Sequence record: OQ411014.1
Length of the DNA stretch: 64,000 nucleotides
Reading direction: 5' to 3' (one strand)
Source of the DNA: Escherichia phage EJP2
Below the pieces are notes generated by a model, which searched no databases, had not been told where the DNA came from, and was given only the letters and a program-made list of their open reading frames with translations. Of this stretch, positions 50,000 through 59,167 are shown one piece after another (position 1 is the stretch's first letter; every line of letters begins with the position of its first letter). Both the position numbers and the translations under genes were made by a program.

Positions 50000-50797
50000 A
50001 TGCGTGTATTGAATAAACTTATTGCTTTACATGAGCGTACAAGAATTGAAACCCAATCTTCAGGTAGGGTTGGGTTGAGTAAACGTATGTTCGTAAGAAC
50101 GTACGAAATTAATAGAATTGGAAGAAATTACGACGATTGTACGCGAGACGATGTAAGTACTGAACTTATTTTAAGAACGTACCTAGCCCGTAAGGTCTTT
50201 ATAAATGAAAAGAAATTACGTGGTAAGTACTATATTGAAGAGTTTTACGAACGAGAGAACGAATTTACACTAGGATTATGGGTAATCTTTTGTAATGAAG
50301 TTTTCGGTGAGTACATGCCAGAATTACCAGTACCAACCACGTACGCAGAACTTGAGCGTATCTTTATGAGCAAAGCTATGCATATGAATTTCTCATTGCA
50401 TAAGTGCGTTAAAGATGCAGTTATTCACAACCAAATCAAAGATTCACAGTACTGTAAGAGTATGAAGGATTTTGATTTATTTTGTTCATTACCGGGCGAA
50501 CCTGGATGGACAGCATTTCAAAATGGTGCTATACTAGCTGAACCTGGTAGAACAGAACCACCGCAACGTTTGTTGCAAGCAACATTAGGGATGTACAAGC
50601 TGGAGCACTTAGGAGCACCAGAACCGTACAAACACTTTTGGAAGGAACAAGCAACACTTTCTATGAAGAAAGCTATTGCTATTATGGAAAAGCATTATAT
50701 AGTGCGATTCCGAAACGCAGCGATGTACGACTTACCGTTCATGCCAGAAAGGTTTGAACCTGTCAGTACTTTCGTCTGGAATGTAAAAAGGGCGTAA
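50000..50797 (+). CDS. hypothetical protein
   Basis: Track ORF; no clear RBS, possibly translationally coupled. Confidence 0.5.
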   Translation: MRVLNKLIALHERTRIETQSSGRVGLSKRMFVRTYEINRIGRNYDDCTRDDVSTELILRTYLARKVFINEKKLRGKYYIEEFYERENEFTLGLWVIFCNEVFGEYMPELPVPTTYAELERIFMSKAMHMNFSLHKCVKDAVIHNQIKDSQYCKSMKDFDLFCSLPGEPGWTAFQNGAILAEPGRTEPPQRLLQATLGMYKLEHLGAPEPYKHFWKEQATLSMKKAIAIMEKHYIVRFRNAAMYDLPFMPERFEPVSTFVWNVKRA

Positions 50798-50818
50798 ATC
50801 AAACGTCCTTTTTCTTTG
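50786..50818 (+). terminator. intrinsic terminator
   Basis: AAGGGCGT-AAATCAA-ACGTCCTT (one G:U) then TTTCTTTG. Confidence 0.5.
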
Positions 50819-50826
50819 AAAATATA

Positions 50827-50855
50827 TTGACACACCGATTAGTCTTAGATATAAT
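50827..50855 (+). promoter_or_regulatory. sigma70-consensus promoter (TTGACA-N17-TATAAT)
   Basis: TTGACA at 50827-50832 and TATAAT at 50850-50855 with a 17-nt spacer, upstream of the 50888 gene. Confidence 0.6.
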
Positions 50856-50887
50856 ACAAATTCCAAAACTACATAAGGATTCAAAAT

Positions 50888-51379
50888 ATGAAAATTCAAT
50901 TCTTCTACACCTCTGGTCATTCCTTTACTGCAACTAACGTAGTTTCTTATGGTGAAGCGGAAGATGATTCAGGTATCATTGTTTATAAAACTGAATCATA
51001 TCGTGGTGATATTTGTACAGTTGCAGAACACCAAGTACCTACTTTTGACCTACTGTTTGCTATCGTATCACCACAGCATGGTGAACTACCAGAAGAAGGT
51101 GAAATTCATACTACTACCATTATTCATGGTCGTGCTTCTAAATTTGATATTGCTGTAGCAGTAGCACAGATGAAAGAAATCATCGGTGAAGCACATCAAG
51201 AAGCAATCATTGAAGAAAAACGCCGTGTATTCCGTGAAGAAGAACATGCGAAATATCGTGCACGTCGCAAAGAAGCACGGCAAAAAGCTATCCAGATTCA
51301 AGACAATGAGTTTGTTCGCAGTGCGGCGGCAGCAGCTAAAATGATTGACGAAGTTATTCAATGCCAGCCTAAAAAATAA
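50888..51379 (+). CDS. hypothetical protein
   Basis: Track ORF; AAGGA RBS; downstream of a consensus promoter. Confidence 0.5.
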   Translation: MKIQFFYTSGHSFTATNVVSYGEAEDDSGIIVYKTESYRGDICTVAEHQVPTFDLLFAIVSPQHGELPEEGEIHTTTIIHGRASKFDIAVAVAQMKEIIGEAHQEAIIEEKRRVFREEEHAKYRARRKEARQKAIQIQDNEFVRSAAAAAKMIDEVIQCQPKK

Positions 51380-51383
51380 GTTG

Positions 51384-51413
51384 ACTTAGTTATGTCAGTA
51401 CTGTAAACTAAGT
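51384..51413. repeat. 8-bp inverted repeat with AGTACT in the loop
   Basis: ACTTAGTT ... AACTAAGT with loop ATGTCAGTACTGTA, immediately after the stop codon. Confidence 0.6.
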
Positions 51414-51424
51414 TCATTCAATAG

Positions 51425-51457
51425 GGAGATTCTTTTGAATTTCCCTCTTTTTTTAAC
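51425..51457 (+). terminator. intrinsic terminator
   Basis: GGGAGATTC-TTT-GAATTTCCC then TCTTTTTTT. Confidence 0.55.
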
Positions 51458-51471
51458 TAGGAGAAAAACAA

Positions 51472-52707
51472 ATGAAAGGTAAGTATTTTTTTGTTGAAAA
51501 CGGTAAAGAAATCGAAATCCAAGAATTCAATTACGAGTACTATCGTAACTCCCTGCTGCGTAATTGGGATAAACTTAAAAACTCCAATTTTAAGTTCTAT
51601 CTGAATCTGGTAATTTCTAAAACAGTACTGTCTAATGGTGAACTCGAATTTGATGTTCGTAAACTACCATTGGATGAAATTTACTATAGCTCACGTCGTC
51701 TTCGCATCCAGAAATTGATTATGGATGACATTATGTTTGACCGTTCGTTGCGTGTTCAGGATCTTCCTTTACCTAAACTGACTCGTGAATACAATGAATG
51801 GAAGGAACAACAAGAAGCTAAAGCTAAAATGCCATTGCCTGCACCAACGGTTAACGTTCCAGTATATAAATCTGCTGAACGTGTAGAAGTTGATAAAACG
51901 GATGCTCGCATTCCTGATATTATTCAGTTCAGTACTGCATATACTGGTTTGCAGAATTTTGATATCCAGGGTAACGTACTGCAAGTACTGGACTGGATTG
52001 TGAACTACGATGTTTGTAACCGCGAGTTGGCTGTTCAATCGCAGGGTATTTCTGAAAAGAAAATCACACTATCCAGTGCTATCAATGATAATAGTAAGTA
52101 CCTTGAAAGTGTGTTCGATAAACTTCGCGTAACAATGGAAGAACTATTCCCATTGAAACCATCTTTACTGAAACGTATGTTCGGTAAGAACGATGGCCTA
52201 GAAGTGAAAGAAAAGGACATGAGTAAAGTACTGTCAACTCTTCAAAGTGCGGTGAAGTTTGATTATACTCGCTTTGAAGGTATCAAAACTCTGTTTGATG
52301 AAATCAATGCAGATATTGAAACGTTACAGAAGAACATCGATTGTGGTCAAACGGCTTGTCAGTTCCAGGTTTCAGTACTGGAAGATAAGTTCGAATGGGA
52401 ACTCGGTGCTGCTCGTTTAGAAAAGGTTGGTGTAGCTACTGATATTATGTTAGCATCACTTATCAGTACTCGTCAGGAGTTCATGGTGAACTTCAACCGT
52501 ATGAACGAAGTGCAAACCATCCTGATTCCGCTGGTGGTTGATCGTCTTCAGAGTCAAGTTGGTTCTAAGATTGATGCACAAACTGAAAAGACAATCCGTG
52601 CATTAGCATATGGTGCATCTTCTAGTCCTGCTGAAGAGGAAGAGAAAGCGAACCACATCACTATTGATGAAGAACCTAGTCGCGGTGTCGCTTTTCGTAA
52701 GCAATAA
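51472..52707 (+). CDS. hypothetical protein, 411 aa
   Basis: Track ORF; AGGAG RBS. Confidence 0.55.
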   Translation: MKGKYFFVENGKEIEIQEFNYEYYRNSLLRNWDKLKNSNFKFYLNLVISKTVLSNGELEFDVRKLPLDEIYYSSRRLRIQKLIMDDIMFDRSLRVQDLPLPKLTREYNEWKEQQEAKAKMPLPAPTVNVPVYKSAERVEVDKTDARIPDIIQFSTAYTGLQNFDIQGNVLQVLDWIVNYDVCNRELAVQSQGISEKKITLSSAINDNSKYLESVFDKLRVTMEELFPLKPSLLKRMFGKNDGLEVKEKDMSKVLSTLQSAVKFDYTRFEGIKTLFDEINADIETLQKNIDCGQTACQFQVSVLEDKFEWELGAARLEKVGVATDIMLASLISTRQEFMVNFNRMNEVQTILIPLVVDRLQSQVGSKIDAQTEKTIRALAYGASSSPAEEEEKANHITIDEEPSRGVAFRKQ

Positions 52708-52726
52708 AAAAGATTCAAAAAAGATG

Positions 52727-52755
52727 TTGACAGGGAGTATGTAGGAACCTATAAT
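52727..52755 (+). promoter_or_regulatory. sigma70-consensus promoter (TTGACA-N17-TATAAT)
   Basis: TTGACA at 52727-52732 and TATAAT at 52750-52755 with a 17-nt spacer, upstream of the TelA-like gene. Confidence 0.6.
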
Positions 52756-52804
52756 ACTCCCATACCAAACGAGATGTACTTAAACAACCCATAAGGAACA
52801 CAAA

Positions 52805-53950
52805 ATGTCCGAGAAAGAAATCAACCCAAAAGCAATCGTAAAAACAAAAGCAAAAGCAAAAGCAAAAAAAGCAGCTACTGTATCTCGTACGATTGATGAA
52901 ACTATTGATTTTGTTGATGTTGAAACCAAGAATCTTCCTGCTGCTCCAGTACTGAAAGATTCTAAAGGTGGTACTCTAGCTCTGACCATCGAGAATATCA
53001 ACACTCTAGGTACTGATGTTGGTACTGGTATTGGTAAACTCTCTGATGATATTCTTCGTCAGGTGAACGTAGCGAACGACAATACCGAATTTGGTAAGTC
53101 CGTAAGTACTATTCTGACTCTAACCCGTAAGGTTGATATTGAGTCCCTGAACGGTGAGCAGACTGGTCTTCTGGCTAAGTTCCGTAACATGTTCAAAGAT
53201 GTGAAACATCGTGTATCTGACCAGTTGACTAACAGCCACGAACAGATCCAAGAAGTTGTCGCTACTCTGGAAACTGGTATCAACCGTATGCGTGGTGAAG
53301 CTGAATGGCTGAAACAAACTTACGATGCGAACATTGTATATCTGAAAGAACTCGAAGAAGTAGTACTGAACATTCAAGAAGTACGTGAAGTTGAAGATGC
53401 GAAACTCAAAGAACTTCTCGCTGATGACAGTACTGAAATGCACATTCTTGATGCACAAAAGATGATTTCTGAAGCTCTGTCCAAGCAAGAAGATAAAGTA
53501 AACCGTCTGATTCACCTGTGTCGTCTGAACGCACCACAAATCATGGCTATGCGTGGTGTGAACATCAACACAATTGATAAGTTCGAATCTCTGAAAACTG
53601 TAGTAATTCCAGCTTGGAAATCTAAGATTGCTCAAGGTCTGATTACTGATCGTCAGCGTCGTGATAACGAACTGGGTGAAATGATGGACAACGAAACTAA
53701 CCGTCTGTTCCTTGAAAGTGCTAAACAAACCAGTACTAACATGGTAACAGCAGCTAAATCCGCACAACGAGGGGTAGTAGATATCAAAACTCTACGTGAA
53801 GTACAGAAGATTACCACACAGGGTATCAAAGAAACTATCGCAGTACAGAAAGCAGGTGAAGCAGAACGTGAAGCAGCAAAACGTGAACTAGCTAACATGC
53901 GTATCGAACTTCGTGATACTCTACGCGATATCAAAAACGAATCTCGCTAA
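52805..53950 (+). CDS. TelA/KlaA-family (toxic anion resistance) protein homologue
   Basis: C-terminal block TAAKSAQRGVVDIKTLREVQ ... RELANMRIEL closely resembles the conserved TelA C-terminus from memory; similar length (381 aa). Confidence 0.7.
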   Translation: MSEKEINPKAIVKTKAKAKAKKAATVSRTIDETIDFVDVETKNLPAAPVLKDSKGGTLALTIENINTLGTDVGTGIGKLSDDILRQVNVANDNTEFGKSVSTILTLTRKVDIESLNGEQTGLLAKFRNMFKDVKHRVSDQLTNSHEQIQEVVATLETGINRMRGEAEWLKQTYDANIVYLKELEEVVLNIQEVREVEDAKLKELLADDSTEMHILDAQKMISEALSKQEDKVNRLIHLCRLNAPQIMAMRGVNINTIDKFESLKTVVIPAWKSKIAQGLITDRQRRDNELGEMMDNETNRLFLESAKQTSTNMVTAAKSAQRGVVDIKTLREVQKITTQGIKETIAVQKAGEAEREAAKRELANMRIELRDTLRDIKNESR

Positions 53951-53958
53951 GACATACA

Positions 53959-53986
53959 GTGCCACTTTATGTGGCACTTTTTTTAA
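53959..53986 (+). terminator. intrinsic terminator
   Basis: AGTGCCAC-TTTAT-GTGGCACT then TTTTTTT. Confidence 0.65.
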
Positions 53987-54001
53987 TTCAATGGAGGATA
54001 T

Positions 54002-54685
54002 ATGACCCGTAGAAGTGCATTAGATATTGAAACGTTATCTACTCCTGAACATTCAGGTTATAGCATTGTTGTCCCGAACTTTGCATTCGTAACCATTCCT
54101 GAAGGGGATGAAGAACTAGAGTGGATGTACGTGAAGTGTCCTATCCAGGATCAACTTGACGCTGGACTAAAACTCAGTACTCATGGTATGGATTTCTGGT
54201 ATAACCTTTGTGCTAAAGAATACCAACACGCACATAAAGAAGTACTTGATTGTAACTCTCTCAGTACTGTTCAGATTTACACGAATGCAAAATATGCAAA
54301 CACCAACACTCAGAACCTGCCGTTGTCAATTCGTCAATTCGTTTACGGTAACAGTACTGGTGAACAGTTAGAGTTTGATAATGCACCAGAAGTGTTCGGT
54401 AACGGGTGTAATTTCGATTGCTCGATTCTTCAACAAAACATCCTAACTATGTACGGCACTGGTGAACTATGGCACTACAGTTCTCCACAGAATGCCCGTA
54501 CTCTAAAGAATCGCATCAATCCTGATGAACGTGATCGTATGGATAAGTACGTCAGTACTAAATTGGAAGAGTTCTGTGCTTCTCTACCACCGGAAGTTGG
54601 CACTATGCAATTACACCATCCACTGTATGATGCAGCCCGTGAAGCACTACAGATGAAATGTTGCTTAGATATCTTGACATTCTAA
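54002..54685 (+). CDS. DEDDh 3'-5' exonuclease (DexA-like by size and motifs)
   Basis: Exo I ALDIETLS, Exo II GCNFDCSIL, Exo III HHPLYDAA; 227 aa. Confidence 0.55.
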   Translation: MTRRSALDIETLSTPEHSGYSIVVPNFAFVTIPEGDEELEWMYVKCPIQDQLDAGLKLSTHGMDFWYNLCAKEYQHAHKEVLDCNSLSTVQIYTNAKYANTNTQNLPLSIRQFVYGNSTGEQLEFDNAPEVFGNGCNFDCSILQQNILTMYGTGELWHYSSPQNARTLKNRINPDERDRMDKYVSTKLEEFCASLPPEVGTMQLHHPLYDAAREALQMKCCLDILTF

Positions 54686-54740
54686 TATATGTACGTATAA
54701 TGGGTATCAACAGTGATGCCCTTTTTAACAGGAGAACAAG

Positions 54741-55838
54741 ATGCTCAATTTTGCTATATTAGCCATACCAAGTATCATCGTCCTGATTGTGATGAAGTAC
54801 AAATACGATCATCACATCAGTACTAAAGAAGTACTAATCCACGCTGGTGCAATTATTGTAATGTCACTAGTTGTACTTGGACTAACGTATGCAGTACTGT
54901 ACGCTAAGTTGGGTGATGTTGAAATACTCAACGGTGAAGTAACGAATAAGTACAAACACACCGAATGGTGTACACAAAGTTCATCATGTAAGTACTATAC
55001 ATGGCATGAACGATGTTCTTACAGTACTGATTCTAAAGGTAAACGAACTAAGTCATGTGTATCGTATAAAGTATTTGATTATACATATGAAGTTGATTGG
55101 TATGTTGAAAGTACTGTAGGTTCTAATGTGATTGAGCGAGTGAACCGACAAGGTACACAAATGCCATCACGATGGGCGGCAGTGAAGATGGGCGACCCAG
55201 CAGCAGCAGAACATTATTACACGAATTATCTATTCGCTGATGAACATTCATTGTTTGCTGAAAGAAAGTTCGAAGAGTCATATGATGTGGAATATCAGAA
55301 AGAAATTCCTGATTATCCTTCGGTGTATGATTACTACAATGTAAGTCATATCGTAAACAGTACTAAACATAGTGTTGCAGGATATGAACAATATATTGCC
55401 AATGAGTTAAAAACTCTAGGCAAAGAAAAACAACTAAATTTAGTAATAGTGCTTTACAACCACAACGATCCATTATATACTGATGCTCTACTTAGCAAAT
55501 GGCGTGGTGGGAAAAAGAATGATGTAATCATGATGTTCGGTTTAGACGCAGATGGAACAGTTCGTTCATTCAGAAGTACTTCGTTTGCACAAGGTATGAA
55601 GAATGAGATGTTGCACAGTACTTTACGTATTGACGCACTATCTGAAAAGATGAACATCCATTTGCTTGAGAAACAAGTAAAGACAGTTGCAGAAAAATTC
55701 AATAGACTTCCTAACGAGGACTTCAAATACATGAAGTACAAGATGGAACCTAAGAAAGAGTTCATCGTACTGGGTTCAATCGTACTGTTAGTTATGTCTA
55801 TTTTTATTGGCTTATATATGAGAGATAATGAATTATGA
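54741..55838 (+). CDS. hypothetical membrane protein with N- and C-terminal TM helices
   Basis: Track ORF; AGGAG RBS; hydrophobic segments at both termini; Cys-rich central region. Confidence 0.5.
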   Translation: MLNFAILAIPSIIVLIVMKYKYDHHISTKEVLIHAGAIIVMSLVVLGLTYAVLYAKLGDVEILNGEVTNKYKHTEWCTQSSSCKYYTWHERCSYSTDSKGKRTKSCVSYKVFDYTYEVDWYVESTVGSNVIERVNRQGTQMPSRWAAVKMGDPAAAEHYYTNYLFADEHSLFAERKFEESYDVEYQKEIPDYPSVYDYYNVSHIVNSTKHSVAGYEQYIANELKTLGKEKQLNLVIVLYNHNDPLYTDALLSKWRGGKKNDVIMMFGLDADGTVRSFRSTSFAQGMKNEMLHSTLRIDALSEKMNIHLLEKQVKTVAEKFNRLPNEDFKYMKYKMEPKKEFIVLGSIVLLVMSIFIGLYMRDNEL

Positions 55839-56392
55839 GTAAAGGACTTATTTTAGTAATCGGTGTAATCGTTATTGTAGTACTGGGTGGTTTAGGTCTT
55901 CTGAGTACTTACACTTCAGTCCATGACAAAGCAACTGAATTTGAATCGAACATTGAACGTCTGTACAAGGCTTCAGAAAACGATTTGAGTAATTACACTC
56001 TAACCATCAAGGATAAGACACAAATCTCCGAAATGTATGTTGGTGACTTGCGTTCTGTTATTGGTGAATACTTCAACGGTAAACAAGGTGTTACTGAGAA
56101 ACAAGTAATGTCCTTTATCCAACAGCACATCCCGAACTTGGATAGTAAGATTTACCAAGAACTACTGGCAACGATTGAAGGTGGTCGTAAACAGTTCGCT
56201 AACACACAGAAGTTGAAAATTGACCAGTGTGCATCGTATGATAAATTCCGTAAAAGTTTCTGGAATTCTAAAATCATCGATAACGGTACTTTCCCTGGTA
56301 AGAACGTTGAACATTGGTGTACGGTAGTGTCTGACCAACAAACCCGAACAGCAATGCAAACTGGGATTCAAGAACCAATCAAATTTAGATAA
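55835..56392 (+). CDS. LemA-like membrane protein (tentative)
   Basis: N-terminal TM helix; LLATIEGGRKQFANTQ and FWNSKIIDNGTFPGKN blocks resemble LemA-family regions; ATGA coupling with the upstream gene. Confidence 0.4.
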   Translation: MSKGLILVIGVIVIVVLGGLGLLSTYTSVHDKATEFESNIERLYKASENDLSNYTLTIKDKTQISEMYVGDLRSVIGEYFNGKQGVTEKQVMSFIQQHIPNLDSKIYQELLATIEGGRKQFANTQKLKIDQCASYDKFRKSFWNSKIIDNGTFPGKNVEHWCTVVSDQQTRTAMQTGIQEPIKFR

Positions 56393-56398
56393 TAATAC

Positions 56399-56430
56399 AG
56401 CGAAAGGTCATATGGCCTTTCGCTTTTTTG
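56399..56430 (+). terminator. intrinsic terminator
   Basis: 11-bp stem AGCGAAAGGTC-ATAT-GGCCTTTCGCT then TTTTTTG. Confidence 0.65.
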
Positions 56431-56442
56431 CGAGGAATACAT

Positions 56443-57042
56443 ATGCGTGAAGTACTGTTTACATTAGCTGATGGGTTAGCAACTTCCCATAAAGCAATCA
56501 AAGAAACTAATCTATATAAAGAACTCAAACGATACAAATCTAACAATTTTAGTTATGTAGTAACGCCTGAAAATATTGAAATTTCTGCTCATGCTACATA
56601 CACAGAACCGCCACCACCCAAGACTGGTCCAGCTTTGTCAACCAATAGTATTAGCGTTCCTAATGGTGCTATGACAGGCTACTACTTTTCAGGACCACAT
56701 AATTATTTTATAAAGCTAAAACTCATTCTCAATGCATGGAATGAAGTTCTGAATATTCGCATAGTTCGCAATGTGAATAACCCCAACACTATCAACACTG
56801 TAGGTTCGCACTCATTTACCATTACCAATGACGGTCAAAGTAACTACAGTCTAGAAGATGGTGGAGATCTTTTACATAACGTGCTATTTGTTGATAAAGA
56901 CTATATCCTTTATGATGGGAAGGTGTATAATATCAATAGTTCTCCTACTGCATTCAATGAATCAATGTTCGGTGACACAATTACAGTACTGGATTTTGTG
57001 GAGATCAAAGAACGCTTTGAAGCTATCGTACGTGAAGGATAA
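56443..57042 (+). CDS. hypothetical protein
   Basis: Track ORF begins at TTG inside the terminator U-tract; ATG at 56443 with GAGGAA RBS. Confidence 0.5.
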   Translation: MREVLFTLADGLATSHKAIKETNLYKELKRYKSNNFSYVVTPENIEISAHATYTEPPPPKTGPALSTNSISVPNGAMTGYYFSGPHNYFIKLKLILNAWNEVLNIRIVRNVNNPNTINTVGSHSFTITNDGQSNYSLEDGGDLLHNVLFVDKDYILYDGKVYNINSSPTAFNESMFGDTITVLDFVEIKERFEAIVREG

Positions 57043-57046
57043 AAAA

Positions 57047-57520
57047 ATGTCAGAATTGTATGAAGAGTTTATTGAAGATGATGAAGCTGGTTACAACGAA
57101 ACACTAATTCATGGTGTTCGTGCATTGGTCAGTACTGGCATTCTAAAGAACATTAAGAGTGTTCAGGATGCAGTTCAATCTGGTTGTGCTTTCGAAATGG
57201 ATATCCTAGACAAAACTAATGTCTGGAATTCATTGAAGTGCAAAACCAATTACAACTCAATCTGTGTTGATTTTCTTTTACAGCCAGGAACACCCGAAAC
57301 CCGAAAAATGCATGTTGTATTCAGGGATGGTAAATGTATATTCTTTAGCGTTAGTATTCATGATATTGTCATGGACGTTGTTTTGTGTGATGATTCATTT
57401 ATGTTCAGCTATGGTGATAACATTACATATTCACATTTTGAAGAACATGAGTTCCAGTACTCTACATGTTCTGAAGCAGTCGCTTCTTTATTAGCACTAT
57501 CTAAAACTCGTAAGGAGTAA
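57047..57520 (+). CDS. hypothetical protein
   Basis: In-frame ATG at 57047 with GAAGGA RBS; the track ORF 56858 overlaps the previous gene. Confidence 0.5.
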   Translation: MSELYEEFIEDDEAGYNETLIHGVRALVSTGILKNIKSVQDAVQSGCAFEMDILDKTNVWNSLKCKTNYNSICVDFLLQPGTPETRKMHVVFRDGKCIFFSVSIHDIVMDVVLCDDSFMFSYGDNITYSHFEEHEFQYSTCSEAVASLLALSKTRKE

Positions 57521-57523
57521 AAC

Positions 57524-57880
57524 ATGACTTGGATTTATCTTATTCTTTTATTCTCTGTAGTACTGTACCTTTTCTTTCTGAAAGGTGTTTCTGTAGTACT
57601 ACGCAAGATTGACAGTACTGAATGTGACGGTTCGATTGTGGATGTAATCATGGATTACCCACGTACAGTACTTGTGGGTTTATTTGTATTCTTGCTTATG
57701 TCCTTGTTTACTGTGCGTTATCAGATTGGTCAGATGTATGACTGTTCTGTTCGTAGTTCAGTACAGCAGGTACAAACGCAATATTCATGGTACTTTGATG
57801 TATGTCAGTTCAAGAACAAGTCCGGTGTTTGGATTGATTTCAAACAAGTTCGTGCTACACCGGATGGTGAGGAAGAGTAA
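57524..57880 (+). CDS. hypothetical small membrane protein (2 TM helices)
   Basis: Track ORF; AAGGAG RBS. Confidence 0.5.
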   Translation: MTWIYLILLFSVVLYLFFLKGVSVVLRKIDSTECDGSIVDVIMDYPRTVLVGLFVFLLMSLFTVRYQIGQMYDCSVRSSVQQVQTQYSWYFDVCQFKNKSGVWIDFKQVRATPDGEEE

Positions 57881-57886
57881 TATATA

Positions 57887-58363
57887 ATGTTCGAATTTGA
57901 AGAAGAGATTTATTTTGATCCTTCTGAAGATGGCTATACACACCTAAATGCGTATAGTAAAGGACGTACACGTTTGGGGAGGATGCTATCTAATTTTGCA
58001 TACTCCCCATTTGTGTTTGAGCCGTATGGTCACTTCAAATCGATGGAAGGATTCTGGTACTGGTACTGTACTGGTCAGAAGCATGATATTCTAAGAACCC
58101 TAAGTGGGGCGAAGGCCAAAGCTGAAGGCCAGAAGTTTCCTAGAGTGATTACATCAATGTCCGATGAAGATATCAGTACTATTCAAGATGCTATGGTAGC
58201 GAAGATAGTACAGAATAGTGAAATCAAAGATGCGTTGATGAAGTGTAATCTTGAGATAGTTCATTACTATGTATATGCAGGTAGGGTTGTACGATTAGAC
58301 CAGAAAGATGATTGGTTCGCAGAAACGCTGAACATGATTCGTGATGCATTACAGGGTAAATGA
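57887..58363 (+). CDS. NADAR/YbiA (DUF1768)-like protein, tentative
   Basis: LSNFAYSPF, SMEGFWYW, DAMVAKIVQNSEIKDALMKCN and LNMIRDAL blocks resemble the E. coli YbiA pattern from memory. Confidence 0.5.
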   Translation: MFEFEEEIYFDPSEDGYTHLNAYSKGRTRLGRMLSNFAYSPFVFEPYGHFKSMEGFWYWYCTGQKHDILRTLSGAKAKAEGQKFPRVITSMSDEDISTIQDAMVAKIVQNSEIKDALMKCNLEIVHYYVYAGRVVRLDQKDDWFAETLNMIRDALQGK

Positions 58364-58378
58364 GATGAAATGAAAAAT

Positions 58379-58389
58379 TGTGATATAAT
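58379..58389 (+). promoter_or_regulatory. extended -10 promoter TGTGATATAAT
   Basis: Exact motif copy directly after the stop at 58363; would drive transcription into the ORF-poor region. Confidence 0.5.
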
Positions 58390-58395
58390 CCTAAT

Positions 58396-58930
58396 ACAAT
58401 ACCAGTCCTTCGGGCGATACGTTCCCAGATTCGAAAAGTAGATGATGGATGAGCATGATGGTACATGCGAGTGCAGAGATACCCGTACGCGGCGTTTACG
58501 GCACGTTAAAGGAGCTTTTAGGCAGATAGGCTCCCTAGATAGGTAAACTGAAGGTCAACTTCACCATAATGCTAAGGGAGGCTCATATGAGCCACATGTA
58601 CGTTTGATCGAATAGACTGTACATGAAGTGGGCTAAGACCCCGACCGTTGCACATGACTGTGATAGAGAGAAACAGAGCAACCCGCTTTCGTTTCCTGAC
58701 CATTTTAGTACGGGTAAGTTGTATCTAAAATTCAGGAAAATTCACAATTCGATAATTCCGATGCTACCAGCGTCAGATTTAACATCCCCCCGTGGGGGAT
58801 GAAAATACCTCATCAAACCTCGTCAGGATATAAAGTACTAAAAGTGAATTGAGTTACGATAGTAACGAAAATTCTTTGACAATCGTAAGATTGGCGAATC
58901 AGAACCTTTACAACAATACAGGAATGAAGT
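58396..58930 (+). ncRNA. candidate structured non-coding RNA or long regulated leader (function unknown)
   Basis: About 535 nt with no ORF of 60 aa or more on the plus strand; about 52% GC in 58401-58500 by hand count; many short helices (CC-UUCG-GG, CATGTAC/GTACATG, CATCCCC/GGGGATG); boundaries approximate. Confidence 0.35.
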
Positions 58931-59167
58931 ATGATAACAGCAATATGTGAAATGGCTGACCAAGCCAGTGGTATAAAAGATGTTAGATTGATAGAAAACA
59001 CATTACAAGCTATGCAAGATTATGAAGACTATTGTGATGATCAGATCATGTGTGGTTTGGGTTTTTGTGTATATTTCTTTGATACCGAGAAAGATATGAA
59101 AGGCTGGTCAGAAGATGATGTATATGAGTTTATGCGTATTAACGCTCACTTGGAGATTGAAGTATGA
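58931..59167 (+). CDS. hypothetical small Cys-containing protein
   Basis: Track ORF; ATGA-type overlap with the downstream hydrolase gene. Confidence 0.45.
   Translation: MITAICEMADQASGIKDVRLIENTLQAMQDYEDYCDDQIMCGLGFCVYFFDTEKDMKGWSEDDVYEFMRINAHLEIEV

Noticed and set aside
54675-54701. TTGACA-N15-TATAAT element upstream of the 54741 gene
   Set aside because: Spacer of 15 nt is suboptimal, it overlaps the upstream stop codon and a terminator hairpin follows at once; kept out of the feature list as too uncertain.
58390-58930. tRNA cluster in the GC-rich ORF-poor region
   Set aside because: No GTTCRA-type T-loop with a flanking 5-bp stem and no acceptor/D-arm arrangement found by eye; the only TTCGA words lack pairing partners.
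58364-58930. Self-splicing group I or group II intron
   Set aside because: Both flanking genes (57887..58363 and 58931..59167/59164..60105) look complete with their own stops and starts, so there is no interrupted host gene; no convincing conserved intron core elements recognised.
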